Source: Halarcobacter sp.
GTDB lineage: Bacteria; Campylobacterota; Campylobacteria; Campylobacterales; Arcobacteraceae
DNA: 64,000 bases
Direction of reading: 5' to 3'
Assembly: GCA_963676565.1 (NCBI GenBank)
Contig: OY781089.1
Coordinates: 448,001-512,000, forward strand
Shown: in pieces, positions 30,443-40,597 of the stretch
Numbering within the stretch: the first letter of the stretch is position 1
Layout: each line of letters starts with the position of its first letter
Notes under the pieces: generated by a model
The model's input: the letters and a program-made list of their open reading frames with translations, nothing else
Database searches by the model: none
What the model was told of the DNA's origin: nothing
Made by a program: the position numbers and the translations under genes

Positions 30443-31225
30443 TTACATTGTACCTGCTAAAGATTTAACAAGTCCATCTTCTAAGAATGGTCTCGCTTGC
30501 TCAAACTCTAAACCAGGAGCATAAGCAGAACTTACAATTCTTGTTCTATATTTTTTCCATTGAACATTTTCCATAGTAGAACTTTGTTTACTTACAGAAC
30601 CTCTACCCATTTGTCCTGACATACTATCATTTTGAGTTACAGTTTCACCTTTCATTGGTCTTTGTCTAATCTCTACATCAGTAACCATTGCGTAATGTAC
30701 ATCTTTAACTCTGGCTGCTTCTATTCCTAAACCTACTACTGCACCAATTAATCCAGCAGTTCCAGCTCTACCATATCCACCACCTGTTAACATTGTTACA
30801 CCAGCTGCTGCTGCTCCTACTCCAAAACCAGATGCCAAATAATTCTTTTGTTCATTTTCATCCATTTGACCAACTTTAAGTAAGTTAGCTTGCACCATAA
30901 AATTAGCTTTTTTAGGATTTCTTGTTACAACGAATCCCATACTTTCGAATTTTGCTTTTAATTTTTGCATAATTTCAAGCTCTTCATCTGAAGTGTTTCT
31001 AAATTTGAAATAGATAATTTGATCTTTTGGATCAACTGGCTCTAAAAATATAGTTTCACTCATTTTTGTTTTTGCATGAACATCTTGTTTAGTTATAGCT
31101 ACTTTTTCTCCAGTTGCAGTTGTTCCAACTTTTGTAAAAGATGGCGCTGCACAACCTGTAAATAATAAAGCAGCAAGAGAGATACTCATTAAACTCATTT
31201 TCTTTAAACTTACTTTTTTAATCAT
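30443..31225 (-). CDS. traT: TraT-family complement-resistance lipoprotein
   Basis: Lipobox FTGC; TKMSETIFLEP, RNTSD, VQANLLKVG, glycine zipper, MVTDVEI, YRTRIVS. Confidence 0.85.
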   Translation of the reverse strand: MIKKVSLKKMSLMSISLAALLFTGCAAPSFTKVGTTATGEKVAITKQDVHAKTKMSETIFLEPVDPKDQIIYFKFRNTSDEELEIMQKLKAKFESMGFVVTRNPKKANFMVQANLLKVGQMDENEQKNYLASGFGVGAAAAGVTMLTGGGYGRAGTAGLIGAVVGLGIEAARVKDVHYAMVTDVEIRQRPMKGETVTQNDSMSGQMGRGSVSKQSSTMENVQWKKYRTRIVSSAYAPGLEFEQARPFLEDGLVKSLAGTM

Positions 31226-31311
31226 TCCTTCACCTTGTTATTAAATTAGATATTATTTTAGAAAAATATGTTTTAATGTTACATAAATATATTGATTTTT
31301 AGTTATTTATT

Positions 31312-31746
31312 TTAAAAGTTAAAGATTTTAAGACCAAAAATATCTTTATTATTTCTATTTATCCATCCATTTATAATTAAATCATCTTTTTTTGAAATAA
31401 ATTGTGAAACGGAAGAATTACTATCAAATACATTAACACTTAGTGTCCACTCATTACCATCCTTATCGATTATTGTATCAACGAAAAACAATTCTTCATC
31501 AGTATACTCATCTTCATGGTCAAAAATCTTTTCTAGTATTCTTTGTAACATATAGTTATGTTTTAAACTATCATTTATCTCTAGTTCATTTAATGAAAGT
31601 TTATCTTTTAATCTATATAAAACTTTTCCATTTATATTTGATTCTTTAAGGACAAGAATAAATTTCTCACCTTGTTTTGCATTTAGAATAAACAAAGAAC
31701 CAATAAGTGTAAAAACAATTACAAACCTCAAGAAAATATTCTTCAT
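31312..31746 (-). CDS. Hypothetical exported protein
   Basis: N-terminal hydrophobic signal; directly downstream of ung. Confidence 0.6.
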   Translation of the reverse strand: MKNIFLRFVIVFTLIGSLFILNAKQGEKFILVLKESNINGKVLYRLKDKLSLNELEINDSLKHNYMLQRILEKIFDHEDEYTDEELFFVDTIIDKDGNEWTLSVNVFDSNSSVSQFISKKDDLIINGWINRNNKDIFGLKIFNF

Positions 31747-31757
31747 CTTTTTCCCTT

Positions 31758-32408
31758 TTACCAATTAATTGGCTTTTTCCCTAAACTTTTTAAAATCTCA
31801 TTTGTTTTACTAAAGTGTTTACATCCAAAAAAGCCTCTATATGAAGATAAAGGACTTGGATGAGGAGCAGTCAAAATATGATGTTTTGATTCATCTATAA
31901 GTTTACTCTTTGCTATTGCAGGAGCACCCCAAAGTATAAAAACCACATCTTCACAGTTTTCTGAAATATATTTTATTATATTATTTGTAAAAGTTTCCCA
32001 TCCTAACTTATGGTGTGATTTTGGTTTTGATTCTTCAACTGTTAAAATTGTATTTAATAAAAGAACCCCCTCCTTTGCCCAAGGATTTAAATCCCCATCT
32101 AAGCATGAAGAATCTTTTTTTAAATCATCTTTTATCTCTTTTAAAATATTTACCATAGAAGGTGGATTTTTTATCTCTTTAGGTGTAGAAAAGGCTAAAC
32201 CTTGTGCTTGCCCTTTACCATGATAAGGGTCTTGTCCTAGAATAACAACTTTTAAATCTTTTAAAGAAGATTTAGAAAAGGCATTAAATATTTTATCTTT
32301 TGGAGGGAAAACGGTAGTCGTTTCATATTTTTTATCAATTTGCTCTTTTAGATTTTTAAAATAATCTTTTTCTTTTTCAATATTAATTACATCTTTCCAA
32401 TTTTCCAT
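31758..32408 (-). CDS. ung: Uracil-DNA glycosylase
   Basis: VVILGQDPYH, GVLLLN, HPSPLS. Confidence 0.97.
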   Translation of the reverse strand: MENWKDVINIEKEKDYFKNLKEQIDKKYETTTVFPPKDKIFNAFSKSSLKDLKVVILGQDPYHGKGQAQGLAFSTPKEIKNPPSMVNILKEIKDDLKKDSSCLDGDLNPWAKEGVLLLNTILTVEESKPKSHHKLGWETFTNNIIKYISENCEDVVFILWGAPAIAKSKLIDESKHHILTAPHPSPLSSYRGFFGCKHFSKTNEILKSLGKKPINW

Positions 32409-32492
32409 TATATCTCTTATTAAAAATTCTTTTCATTATTTGTTAATCAAACTTTCAATACTATACCATAAAATTAAATAAAGGTTAAAAAA

Positions 32493-33083
32493 ATGAAAGC
32501 TTTTTTAATAGGACTAGGTGTAATTGTTATTGCAATTATTGCCTTAATTGCAACAAATATAAATAATGTACCAAAATTGGATGAAAATGTTAAAGCATCT
32601 TGGTCTCAAGTTCAAAACCAATACAAAAGAAGAGCAGATTTAATTCCTAACCTTGTATCAACAGTAAAAGCTTATGCATCACATGAAAAATCAACTTTAA
32701 CAGAAGTTACCCAAGCAAGAGCAAATGTTGGAAAAATCAACTTAACTCCTGAGATGTTATCTAACCCACAACTTTTCAAACAATTCCAACAAGCACAAGG
32801 AGCCCTAAGTTCTGCCCTATCAAAACTGATGTTAGTAGTTGAGAGATATCCAGAATTGAAAGCAAACAAAAACTTTCTAGCACTTCAATCTCAACTAGAA
32901 GGGACAGAAAATAGAATCTCTGTTGCAAGAAAGGATTATATAGAAGCAGTAAGACTTTATAATCTTGAACTTAGAACTTTCCCTGGTAAAATAGTTGCAG
33001 CAATAATATATCCAGAAGCACAAGTAAAGCAAACTTTTACAGCATCACCTCAAGAACAAGAAGCTCCAAAAGTAAATTTCTAA
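32493..33083 (+). CDS. lemA: LemA family protein
   Basis: QYKRRADLIPNLV, ERYPELKA, LEGTENRI. Confidence 0.93.
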   Translation: MKAFLIGLGVIVIAIIALIATNINNVPKLDENVKASWSQVQNQYKRRADLIPNLVSTVKAYASHEKSTLTEVTQARANVGKINLTPEMLSNPQLFKQFQQAQGALSSALSKLMLVVERYPELKANKNFLALQSQLEGTENRISVARKDYIEAVRLYNLELRTFPGKIVAAIIYPEAQVKQTFTASPQEQEAPKVNF

Positions 33084-33084
33084 T

Positions 33085-33978
33085 ATGAAAAAAATAGTTT
33101 TAACAATAGTATCTTTTCTTCTTTTACAAAATATACTATTTGCAGCTCCAACTTTTCCTTCCCTTACAGGAAGAGTTGTTGATAATGCTCAAATATTATC
33201 AAAACAAGAGGAGACAAAACTATCTTCTATATTAGAAAATGAAGAAAAAAACACTTCTAATCAAATAGTAATAGTAACACTAACTTCCCTAGATGGTTAT
33301 GATATAGCAGATTATGGTTACCAATTAGGAAGATATTGGCAAATTGGCCAAAAAGATAAAAACAATGGAGTTTTACTTATCATCTCAATGGCTGAAAAAA
33401 AGCTGAGAATAGAAGTTGGATATGGTCTTGAAGGAGCACTTACAGATAAGACAGCCCATGAGATTATAGAATATGTTTTAAAACCAAAGTTTAGACAAGG
33501 TAATTTTTATGGTGGTATTAGAGATGCAACAAATGCTATTATAAAAGCTATTAAGGGTGAATATAAACCAAGTGATTATGGAGTATTAAATGAAACTTCC
33601 GAAAATTGGTTTTTCCTATTTTTTGCAATAATATTTATATCTGCTATATTAGGTGGAGCTACTAGAAAATTTAAGAATATGCAGATTAGTAAACTATTTC
33701 ATTCTAGTATGTTAGGGGGATTTGCAGGTACTTTTGCTATTGCCTTTACCCAAAGTTTATTATTTGCAGCTATTACATACTTTGTTATTGGTATTATTGT
33801 TTATTTAACTACAAAAAAAGTTTCTTATGATTCTTATTCTAGTACTCATCCCTCTTATGGTACTGGATACAATGGAGGTTTTGGTGGTTTCTCTTCAGGT
33901 GGAGGGTTTAGCAGTTCTGGTGGCTTCGGTGGAGGTGGCGGAAGTTTTGGTGGCGGTGGCGCTAGTGGAGGATGGTAA
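33085..33978 (+). CDS. TPM domain (YgcG-like) membrane protein
   Basis: LTGRVVDNA, WQIGQKDKNNGVLL, RIEVGYGLEG; Gly-rich tail ending GGASGGW. Confidence 0.9.
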   Translation: MKKIVLTIVSFLLLQNILFAAPTFPSLTGRVVDNAQILSKQEETKLSSILENEEKNTSNQIVIVTLTSLDGYDIADYGYQLGRYWQIGQKDKNNGVLLIISMAEKKLRIEVGYGLEGALTDKTAHEIIEYVLKPKFRQGNFYGGIRDATNAIIKAIKGEYKPSDYGVLNETSENWFFLFFAIIFISAILGGATRKFKNMQISKLFHSSMLGGFAGTFAIAFTQSLLFAAITYFVIGIIVYLTTKKVSYDSYSSTHPSYGTGYNGGFGGFSSGGGFSSSGGFGGGGGSFGGGGASGGW

Positions 33979-34595
33979 TGTATTTAAACGAAAATGAAAA
34001 ACAAAAAATCTCACAAGAAATTGAAAACCTTGAGAAACAAAGTTCAGCTGAACTTGTTGCAGTTATGACTAAAAAATCATCTTCATACAAGTTTGAAACC
34101 ATAGCTTTAAGCCTATTTATCACAACTATTATTTCACTTATAACATTAGTTTTTGAAAACAATAGTATAAAACTATTTGAAATACAAACACTAAGTTTTA
34201 TCTTCTTTTATTTTATTTTTGATAAATCAAATAAAGCACTTTTATCTTTACTTCCAAAATCATACAAATATGAAAAAGCATCTATTTATGCAAATAAACA
34301 ATTTGCTAATCTAGGTTTACAAAAAATAAAAACAAAGCAGGCAATTATGTTTTTTGTTAGTTTAGATGAAAAATATGTGGAAATTATTACAGATAGTGTC
34401 ATAAAAGGAAAAATTGATGACTCTTATTGGCAAAATATTGTTGATGAATTTATCAAAGATGTAAAAAATAACAATATTTCAAATGGTTATATAAAAGCTA
34501 TAAAACAATGTAATGAGATTCTGATTAAAAATTTTCCTATTCAAGAAAATGATGAAAATGAATTATCAAATGAAGTGATAGAACTAAGAAATTGA
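33978..34595 (+). CDS. TPM domain membrane protein
   Basis: EKQSSAELV...NELSNEV pattern; third gene of the lemA-TPM-TPM trio; TAATG translational coupling. Confidence 0.82.
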   Translation: MYLNENEKQKISQEIENLEKQSSAELVAVMTKKSSSYKFETIALSLFITTIISLITLVFENNSIKLFEIQTLSFIFFYFIFDKSNKALLSLLPKSYKYEKASIYANKQFANLGLQKIKTKQAIMFFVSLDEKYVEIITDSVIKGKIDDSYWQNIVDEFIKDVKNNNISNGYIKAIKQCNEILIKNFPIQENDENELSNEVIELRN

Positions 34596-35767
34596 AACCT
34601 TATATAAAACAGATTTTATCAGCTTTTTTAATTCTATTTTCATGTTTAGGATTTGGAAGATTTGCTTTTGGTATGATTTTACCAAATCTACAAGCATCTT
34701 TAGAACTCTCAACTACCCAAGTTGGTTTTATAGGTACAGCTAATTTTATAGGATACTTCATTGGTATTTTATTTGTAAACTCTTTATATACAAAATACCC
34801 AACATATAAACTTATCTTTGCAACAATGATTTTGCAAGCTTTATTTATGGTACTTATGACAGTTTTTTCAAACTACCTACTTATCTCTTTTTTCTATTGC
34901 CTTGCAGGATTTTTAGCAAGTATTTCAAATATCTCAATTATGTCTTATTTATCAAATGAGATTCCCAAAAATATAAGGGGAAAAGCTATAGGAATAGTAG
35001 TTAGTGCAAGTGGAGTTGCAATTGTAATTTCTGGACAAATTGTTCCATATATTGAAAATATTGTTAAAATAGATGCTTGGGAAACTTCATGGATTTTATT
35101 TAGTTGTATTATGGTTATTTTTGCTTTTGTTTCACAAATTGGAATAAAAAAAGACACCACACATCATTTGAGTGAATTAAAATCAAAAGCCTTTGAATAC
35201 TTTTTTATAAGCTCCTTTTGGAAGGTTGGGATATTATATATGATATTTGGACTAACCTATGCTGTTTATGTTACATATTTTGTAAGTGCAGTTATTAGCA
35301 AATACGATTTTACTACTTCTATCTCTGGAGACTTTTGGGCTTTAGTTGGATTTTTGAGTATTTTTTCAGGTTATATATTTGGTATTCTTGCAGATAAAAC
35401 AAGCGCCTATAAAGCTTTGATTTTGGTTTTTATTTTACAAACAATTTCTAACTTTATATTAACCCTCGACTTAAACTTTATTGCTGTTTGGATATCTGCT
35501 ATTACCTTTGGAATATCTGTTTGGAGTGTACCTTCACTTATAACACTACTTACTTCTATCCACTTTGATGTGAAAAAAAATGCACAAGTTTTAGCCCTAG
35601 TAACTTTGCTTTTTGCCCTATGCCAAACAATTGCTCCTGTAGGAGCTGGTTATCTTTATGATTTGAATAAAAGTTATGATTTAGTCTTTTTAATAAGTTC
35701 CATGTTAACTTTCTTTGCTATTATTTTATCAATTATTTTTTCAAGACATATAATAAAAGAACATTAG
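34592..35767 (+). CDS. YbfB/YjiJ family MFS transporter
   Basis: GFGRFAFGMILP, ANFIGY; ~12 TM helices; TTG start. Confidence 0.85.
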   Translation: MKPYIKQILSAFLILFSCLGFGRFAFGMILPNLQASLELSTTQVGFIGTANFIGYFIGILFVNSLYTKYPTYKLIFATMILQALFMVLMTVFSNYLLISFFYCLAGFLASISNISIMSYLSNEIPKNIRGKAIGIVVSASGVAIVISGQIVPYIENIVKIDAWETSWILFSCIMVIFAFVSQIGIKKDTTHHLSELKSKAFEYFFISSFWKVGILYMIFGLTYAVYVTYFVSAVISKYDFTTSISGDFWALVGFLSIFSGYIFGILADKTSAYKALILVFILQTISNFILTLDLNFIAVWISAITFGISVWSVPSLITLLTSIHFDVKKNAQVLALVTLLFALCQTIAPVGAGYLYDLNKSYDLVFLISSMLTFFAIILSIIFSRHIIKEH

Positions 35768-35774
35768 GATTTAT

Positions 35775-36428
35775 ATGAAAAACAAAGCTATTATATTTGA
35801 TTTAGATGGAACACTTATAGATTCTCTAAGTGATATAGCAATAAGTGCTAATTTAGTATTAGAAGAGTTTAATCTACCTGGACATGATATCTCTGAATAT
35901 AAAAATTTTGTTGGAGGAGGAGCATCTGTATTAGTTAATAACTGTGTTCCCAAAAATAGCAATGAAGATTTAAAAGAAAAAATATTAAATAGATTTAAAG
36001 AGGTATATGATCAAGAGCATCATCTAAACACAAAACCATATGATGGTATAAATGAAGTTTTAGAACAACTTACAAAACAAAATATCAAAATTGGAATACT
36101 TTCAAATAAACCCCATTATTTTACATGCAAATATGTTGAAGAATTTTTTAGTGATTATAATTTCTTAGAGGTTCACGGACAAAAAGAAAATATTCCTAAA
36201 AAACCTGACCCAATGGTTGCACTTGAAATAGCAAAATCTTTTAATATTAACCCTGAAAACATATTCTTTATTGGAGATAGTGATGTTGATATAAAAACTG
36301 CTATTAATTCAAAGATGATTCCCGTTGGTGTAAGATGGGGATTTAGAGGGCCTAGAGAGTTAATAGATAATGGAGCAAAATATATTGTTGATACACCACA
36401 AGATATTTTAAAGCTTTTTGAGAAGTAA
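35775..36428 (+). CDS. HAD family hydrolase (phosphoglycolate phosphatase-like)
   Basis: FDLDGTL, LSNK, KPDP, IGDSDVD. Confidence 0.9.
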   Translation: MKNKAIIFDLDGTLIDSLSDIAISANLVLEEFNLPGHDISEYKNFVGGGASVLVNNCVPKNSNEDLKEKILNRFKEVYDQEHHLNTKPYDGINEVLEQLTKQNIKIGILSNKPHYFTCKYVEEFFSDYNFLEVHGQKENIPKKPDPMVALEIAKSFNINPENIFFIGDSDVDIKTAINSKMIPVGVRWGFRGPRELIDNGAKYIVDTPQDILKLFEK

Positions 36429-36445
36429 GCTATAAAGCTTACTTC

Positions 36446-37261
36446 TTATTCAGGTTTTTTATATCCTAGTTTTGACATGATATCCATTGGACTCATGTCG
36501 TATTTTTCGGCAACTTGTTTAAATTTATCATCACTATTAGCTTCTACTCCCAAAGTTTTTAATTTTGAGATAAACTCATTTGTAGAAAGTTTTAAAGTCT
36601 GTGCAACCTCTTTTACAGTTTTTTTCCCAAGACCTGTTAGTTCAATAATCTCTTGTCCATTTTTTTCAAAATTAACTTTTAAAAGATTATAAATAAATTG
36701 AGGACTAACTGAGTTATCATGAGCTATTTGTGATAAACTCTGACTTGAGTCAAAAGTAATATTATTTGCTTTTAATATCTCTTCACTTTTTGTAATATCA
36801 AAGCCTAGTTTTTTAGAAAAACTTTTTAAAGACGATAACTCTGCATGTGAATAAGGTGCTGTTCCATAATCTTTTTCCCAAGAGTTTTTAATATCATCTC
36901 CAAACTCTATAAAAGAAGAAAAAGGGACGAAACCATTTAAAGTACCAATTAGAAAAACAAAAGTTAATAAAACAGCAACAAGCATATCTTTTGTAAATAC
37001 TACCATCTGTTTTGCTTTATTTTTCATATAACTTGTTATTGGCTTCCAGTTATAAAAAAGATGTAAAATTGTCATAAATACAATTAAAACCATAAAGGTT
37101 GTATGTACTTGAGCATATTGTTCTTTAGAAAGTCCAATAATTTCCCAATTTGCCCAATTTGCAATTCTCCCTGGAGGTGCAATAAATAACATAACTCCAG
37201 TATAAGTCATTACAACAATTGAAAGTAACATTGTAAGTGAAGTTATTTTTTTGAGATTCAT
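36446..37261 (-). CDS. DUF4405 domain membrane protein
   Basis: TGVMLFIAPPGRIANWANW, VHT, LHLFYNWK. Confidence 0.8.
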   Translation of the reverse strand: MNLKKITSLTMLLSIVVMTYTGVMLFIAPPGRIANWANWEIIGLSKEQYAQVHTTFMVLIVFMTILHLFYNWKPITSYMKNKAKQMVVFTKDMLVAVLLTFVFLIGTLNGFVPFSSFIEFGDDIKNSWEKDYGTAPYSHAELSSLKSFSKKLGFDITKSEEILKANNITFDSSQSLSQIAHDNSVSPQFIYNLLKVNFEKNGQEIIELTGLGKKTVKEVAQTLKLSTNEFISKLKTLGVEANSDDKFKQVAEKYDMSPMDIMSKLGYKKPE

Positions 37262-37358
37262 CTTAAATCCTTTAATTAATATACTGAAATTATAAAATAT
37301 TTATTTTAACAGCTTATTAATAAGAGTGGAAAGTAAGATAGAGATTGATCTCTATCTT

Positions 37359-37736
37359 TTAAACTTCTAGTTCAAAAAAACTTTCATTGATTTTTTGATA
37401 TTCAGCAATTGAACAAGTTATCTTCACTGCATTTTCATAATCTTTGAAATATTCTAAGAAAAGTTTTTTTAACTCATTTACATTTGCAGTTCTAAAAATA
37501 AAATATCCCACGATATTTTTGTTTCTAGAACCTGCTTTTTCAATACCAAAACTGTCAAATTTCCATTCAACTCCCCTAGAATAGAAAAAAACTTCTTCTA
37601 ATCTTTTTTCTAATTCTTCTCTTACAGTATTAGTGTATTCTTTAAGATGAACATAAAAAGCGACATTTACATTATATTTTTCTTGTGTAAGTTTTTTTTC
37701 ATATGTTGTTTTTGGTTCTTCTATTTTATTATCCAT
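37359..37736 (-). CDS. Hypothetical protein
   Basis: GAGGGA RBS; 125-aa ORF; followed by an agatagaga/tctctatct hairpin. Confidence 0.65.
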   Translation of the reverse strand: MDNKIEEPKTTYEKKLTQEKYNVNVAFYVHLKEYTNTVREELEKRLEEVFFYSRGVEWKFDSFGIEKAGSRNKNIVGYFIFRTANVNELKKLFLEYFKDYENAVKITCSIAEYQKINESFFELEV

Positions 37737-37799
37737 ATCTTTCCCTCAATAAAATTCTTTCGTAATTATAGTAAATAAGATTAAAGGCTAACTAAAATA

Positions 37800-38852
37800 C
37801 TACATAATATTTTTTTTTGCCCTTAATCTTAACATTTTTCTTCTAGCTACCTTTCTCATATCAACATGGGAATCTAGTTCATCTACAATTTCACGTCCAA
37901 GTAGAGTTTCAACTGCATCTTCTAGGGTAACAATCCCTTCTGTTTGTCCATAATTATCGACAACTAAATACATATGCTCTTTACTTTCTATAAACATATC
38001 AATCAGTTTTGATACAGGAACATTTTCGTTAACATGTAAAATTGGTTTTACAAGAGTTAATTTATTTTCAAGTTCATCGCTAATCTTTTCATAAAAATAC
38101 TCCTTAGAGATAATTAATCCCACCATATCATCTATATTGTTTCTAAATATAGGAATTCTCGAATACTCTTTTAACTTTTTTAAATCAATGGAATTATTTT
38201 TAAGAGAATCAAAACTTGATAAATAATCATTTTCTTGAATAGAATAAACTACACTTCTTGGAGTTAAAATATCTTTGACTCTAATATCATGAAGTTGTAA
38301 AACATTTTCAATTATTCCACTGTCTTCACTTCTAATAATGCCATTTTCATCGGCTATTTTTGCAGTTGCTATAATCTCTTCTTTTGTAATAACATTCTTT
38401 TTTGAATCAGCAAGAAGTACAGTAATTTTTTTCATAACTATAATAATCGGATAGGTAATATAAACTAAAACTTTTATAACCCTTGTACTAAAACCAGCTA
38501 AATTCTTCCAATAATAAGCCCCTAGAGTCTTTGGAATAATCTCTGAAAATACTAAAATCAATATAGTTAAAACAGCTGAAATATAAAACATATACTCTTC
38601 ACCAAATATTTTGGCAGCTTCTGCACCAACACCTGCTGCACCTAAGGTATGAGCAAAGGTGTTTAAAGTTAAAATTGCCGCAATAGAGAAATCAATATCA
38701 TCTTTTTGTTTCTCCATTAACAATCCAAGTTTTTTGTTTTTTTGTTTTACCAATTCAATATGGGAAGCACTTATTGATAATAAAACTGCTTCAAGTATAG
38801 AACATAAAAAAGATACCCCAATAGCAATTGAAAAATATATAATTAATAACAT
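37800..38852 (-). CDS. CNNM (DUF21) plus CBS domain protein
   Basis: SFLCSILEAVLLS, FSEIIPKT, YSRIPI, VVDNYG..GIVTLED. Confidence 0.92.
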   Translation of the reverse strand: MLLIIYFSIAIGVSFLCSILEAVLLSISASHIELVKQKNKKLGLLMEKQKDDIDFSIAAILTLNTFAHTLGAAGVGAEAAKIFGEEYMFYISAVLTILILVFSEIIPKTLGAYYWKNLAGFSTRVIKVLVYITYPIIIVMKKITVLLADSKKNVITKEEIIATAKIADENGIIRSEDSGIIENVLQLHDIRVKDILTPRSVVYSIQENDYLSSFDSLKNNSIDLKKLKEYSRIPIFRNNIDDMVGLIISKEYFYEKISDELENKLTLVKPILHVNENVPVSKLIDMFIESKEHMYLVVDNYGQTEGIVTLEDAVETLLGREIVDELDSHVDMRKVARRKMLRLRAKKNIM

Positions 38853-38917
38853 ATGAAAATCCTAAAAAATTTTCTTATTATAATAAAAACAGTTTAAAAC
38901 ATAAGGTTTTTAAAAGG

Positions 38918-38944
38918 TTGCATATGCAATAATTGCATACGCAA
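38918..38944. promoter_or_regulatory. Tandem palindromic MarR-type operator
   Basis: TTGCATATGCAA-taa-TTGCATACGCAA just upstream of the MarR gene RBS. Confidence 0.7.
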
Positions 38945-38957
38945 CTAAAGGAGATTT

Positions 38958-39374
38958 ATGAAGTATGCATTAAAAGATTCAATTGCTTATAGATTAATAA
39001 GAAGTTCAAATAATGTTGTTTATACATTAAACAAAGCATTACTACCTTATGAAATTGCGACTGAACAAAGGGCAACTTTAGAGATTATAAAATTTGAGCC
39101 TGATGTAAACCAGACAAAAATTGCAAAACTCCTTGGTAAAGATAAAGCAACAATAAGTCGCTCATTAAGTTCACTTGAAAAAAAAGAACTTATAACTAGA
39201 GTAAATGATGCTAATAATAAAAGATCTAACAAAATATCACTTACAAAAAAAGGTGAAGAGATTCTTGAGTCAACAATATCTTCAGTTACCTCATTTAGAG
39301 AAGAATTAAGATCTAAAATTAGCGAACAAGAGCATGAAATGTTTCTTAACATTTTAGACAAGCTTGAATTATAG
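38958..39374 (+). CDS. MarR family transcriptional regulator
   Basis: Winged HTH QTKIAKLLGKDKATISRSLSSLEKKELI; NKRS..ISLTKKG. Confidence 0.92.
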   Translation: MKYALKDSIAYRLIRSSNNVVYTLNKALLPYEIATEQRATLEIIKFEPDVNQTKIAKLLGKDKATISRSLSSLEKKELITRVNDANNKRSNKISLTKKGEEILESTISSVTSFREELRSKISEQEHEMFLNILDKLEL

Positions 39375-39386
39375 GAAGGATAAACT

Positions 39387-39635
39387 ATGAATAGATACGT
39401 AAATGTTTCAAACGAATTGTATGAAGTTTTTGAAGATGCTGCTGTTAAGCATGAAGAGTGTGATATTGTCTATAAAGATAATAAAAAAGAAAAAGAGTTA
39501 CATAGTAAAGTAGTAGATATAAAAAATGTTAATCTACAAGAGTTTATTGAAATGGAAGATGGAACAGTAATTAGACTTGATAAAATTGTTGAGTTTAATG
39601 GAAGCCAAACAAAAGCTCTTAATAGATATCTTTAG
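39387..39635 (+). CDS. Rof/YaeO-like (Rho-binding antiterminator-like) small protein
   Basis: ELYEVFE...EFIEMEDGTVIRLDKI pattern. Confidence 0.6.
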   Translation: MNRYVNVSNELYEVFEDAAVKHEECDIVYKDNKKEKELHSKVVDIKNVNLQEFIEMEDGTVIRLDKIVEFNGSQTKALNRYL

Positions 39636-39802
39636 ATTAAAGAGGCTAACCCTCTTTAGTCTACATTTTCAAAACTATTAGTTTCTTTTTAAAAAACTAT
39701 TAAAGAACAATCTACTAGATTATAATACCAAGCATTAATTTTTAAAGTTGATTACCTCTAATTAAATTATTGATTAGGTTCATACTTCCATATTGCAAGT
39801 CA

Positions 39803-39881
39803 AAACTATATGAAGTAGCTTGATGACTTATTTCCTTAGGAAGGGAGGAGCGGGAAAGCTGAATGGACCAGCTACTTCATA
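39803..39881 (-). ncRNA. Candidate small regulatory RNA
   Basis: 14-bp inverted repeat enclosing a C-rich loop; TATAAT -10 at 39892..39887; U-run after the stem. Confidence 0.5.
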
Positions 39882-39941
39882 TACATATTATAGTAGTGAA
39901 AAAAGATGTAAGAAAAATGTAAAATGAAAAAATTTTATTAA

Positions 39942-40597
39942 TTAATCAAAAAAATATGGTTTTTCTTTTTTTAAGTCATCTATTTTAGAAATAGTTCTAG
40001 AAAGATGAGTTCTCATTGCCTTTTCTGCTTTTTTAAAATTTTTCTCTTTTATTGCCTCATAAATAGCTTTATGGTCTTCATAAAGTTTTTTACTTTTCCC
40101 ATTTATTGGTAGTTCTAATCTATTTGCTCTTTTTTTATGTCCATTTTTGATATTAATAAATTATTTAATTCCTCTTGACCTATTGAATTAAACATAATAG
40201 TATGAAACTCTTTATCAAGTTCATCAAACTCATTTAGTCTAGTAATATCTTCTGAAATCTCTTCTTGTTTTTTTAGATTTTTTTCAATTTTTGCAAGTGT
40301 TTTTTCATCATAGTTTTCAATCATCTCTCTTAAAACTTCAATTTCAATTGCAACTCTAAAAAAGTTACTTCTTTTAATTTCATCAATATTTATTTTGGTA
40401 ACTAAGGTTTTAGACTGAGGAAAGATTTTTACTAGTTTGTCTTGTTCTAAAAGTTGTAAAGCTTCTCTAATTGGTGTTTTGCTTATTTCTAATTGTTCTG
40501 CTAAGTCATTTCTTGAAATATAAGTACCAGGTGGCAACTCTAAATTAAGTATCCTTCTTAAAATTTCATTATAAGCTTTTTGAGTTGCATTTAACAT
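39942..40597 (-). pseudogene. GntR (FadR/FCD) family regulator with a 1-nt frameshift near 40130..40142
   Basis: HTH (ISKTPIREAL) ORF stops at 40115; the -1 frame continues RANRLELP...EDHKAIYEAI...AMRTHLSRT...PYFFD to TAA at 39942, giving ~218 aa. Confidence 0.8.

Noticed and set aside
33868..33975. GC-rich GGT/GGC repetitive tract
   Set aside because: Encodes the normal Gly-rich tail of TPM/YgcG proteins
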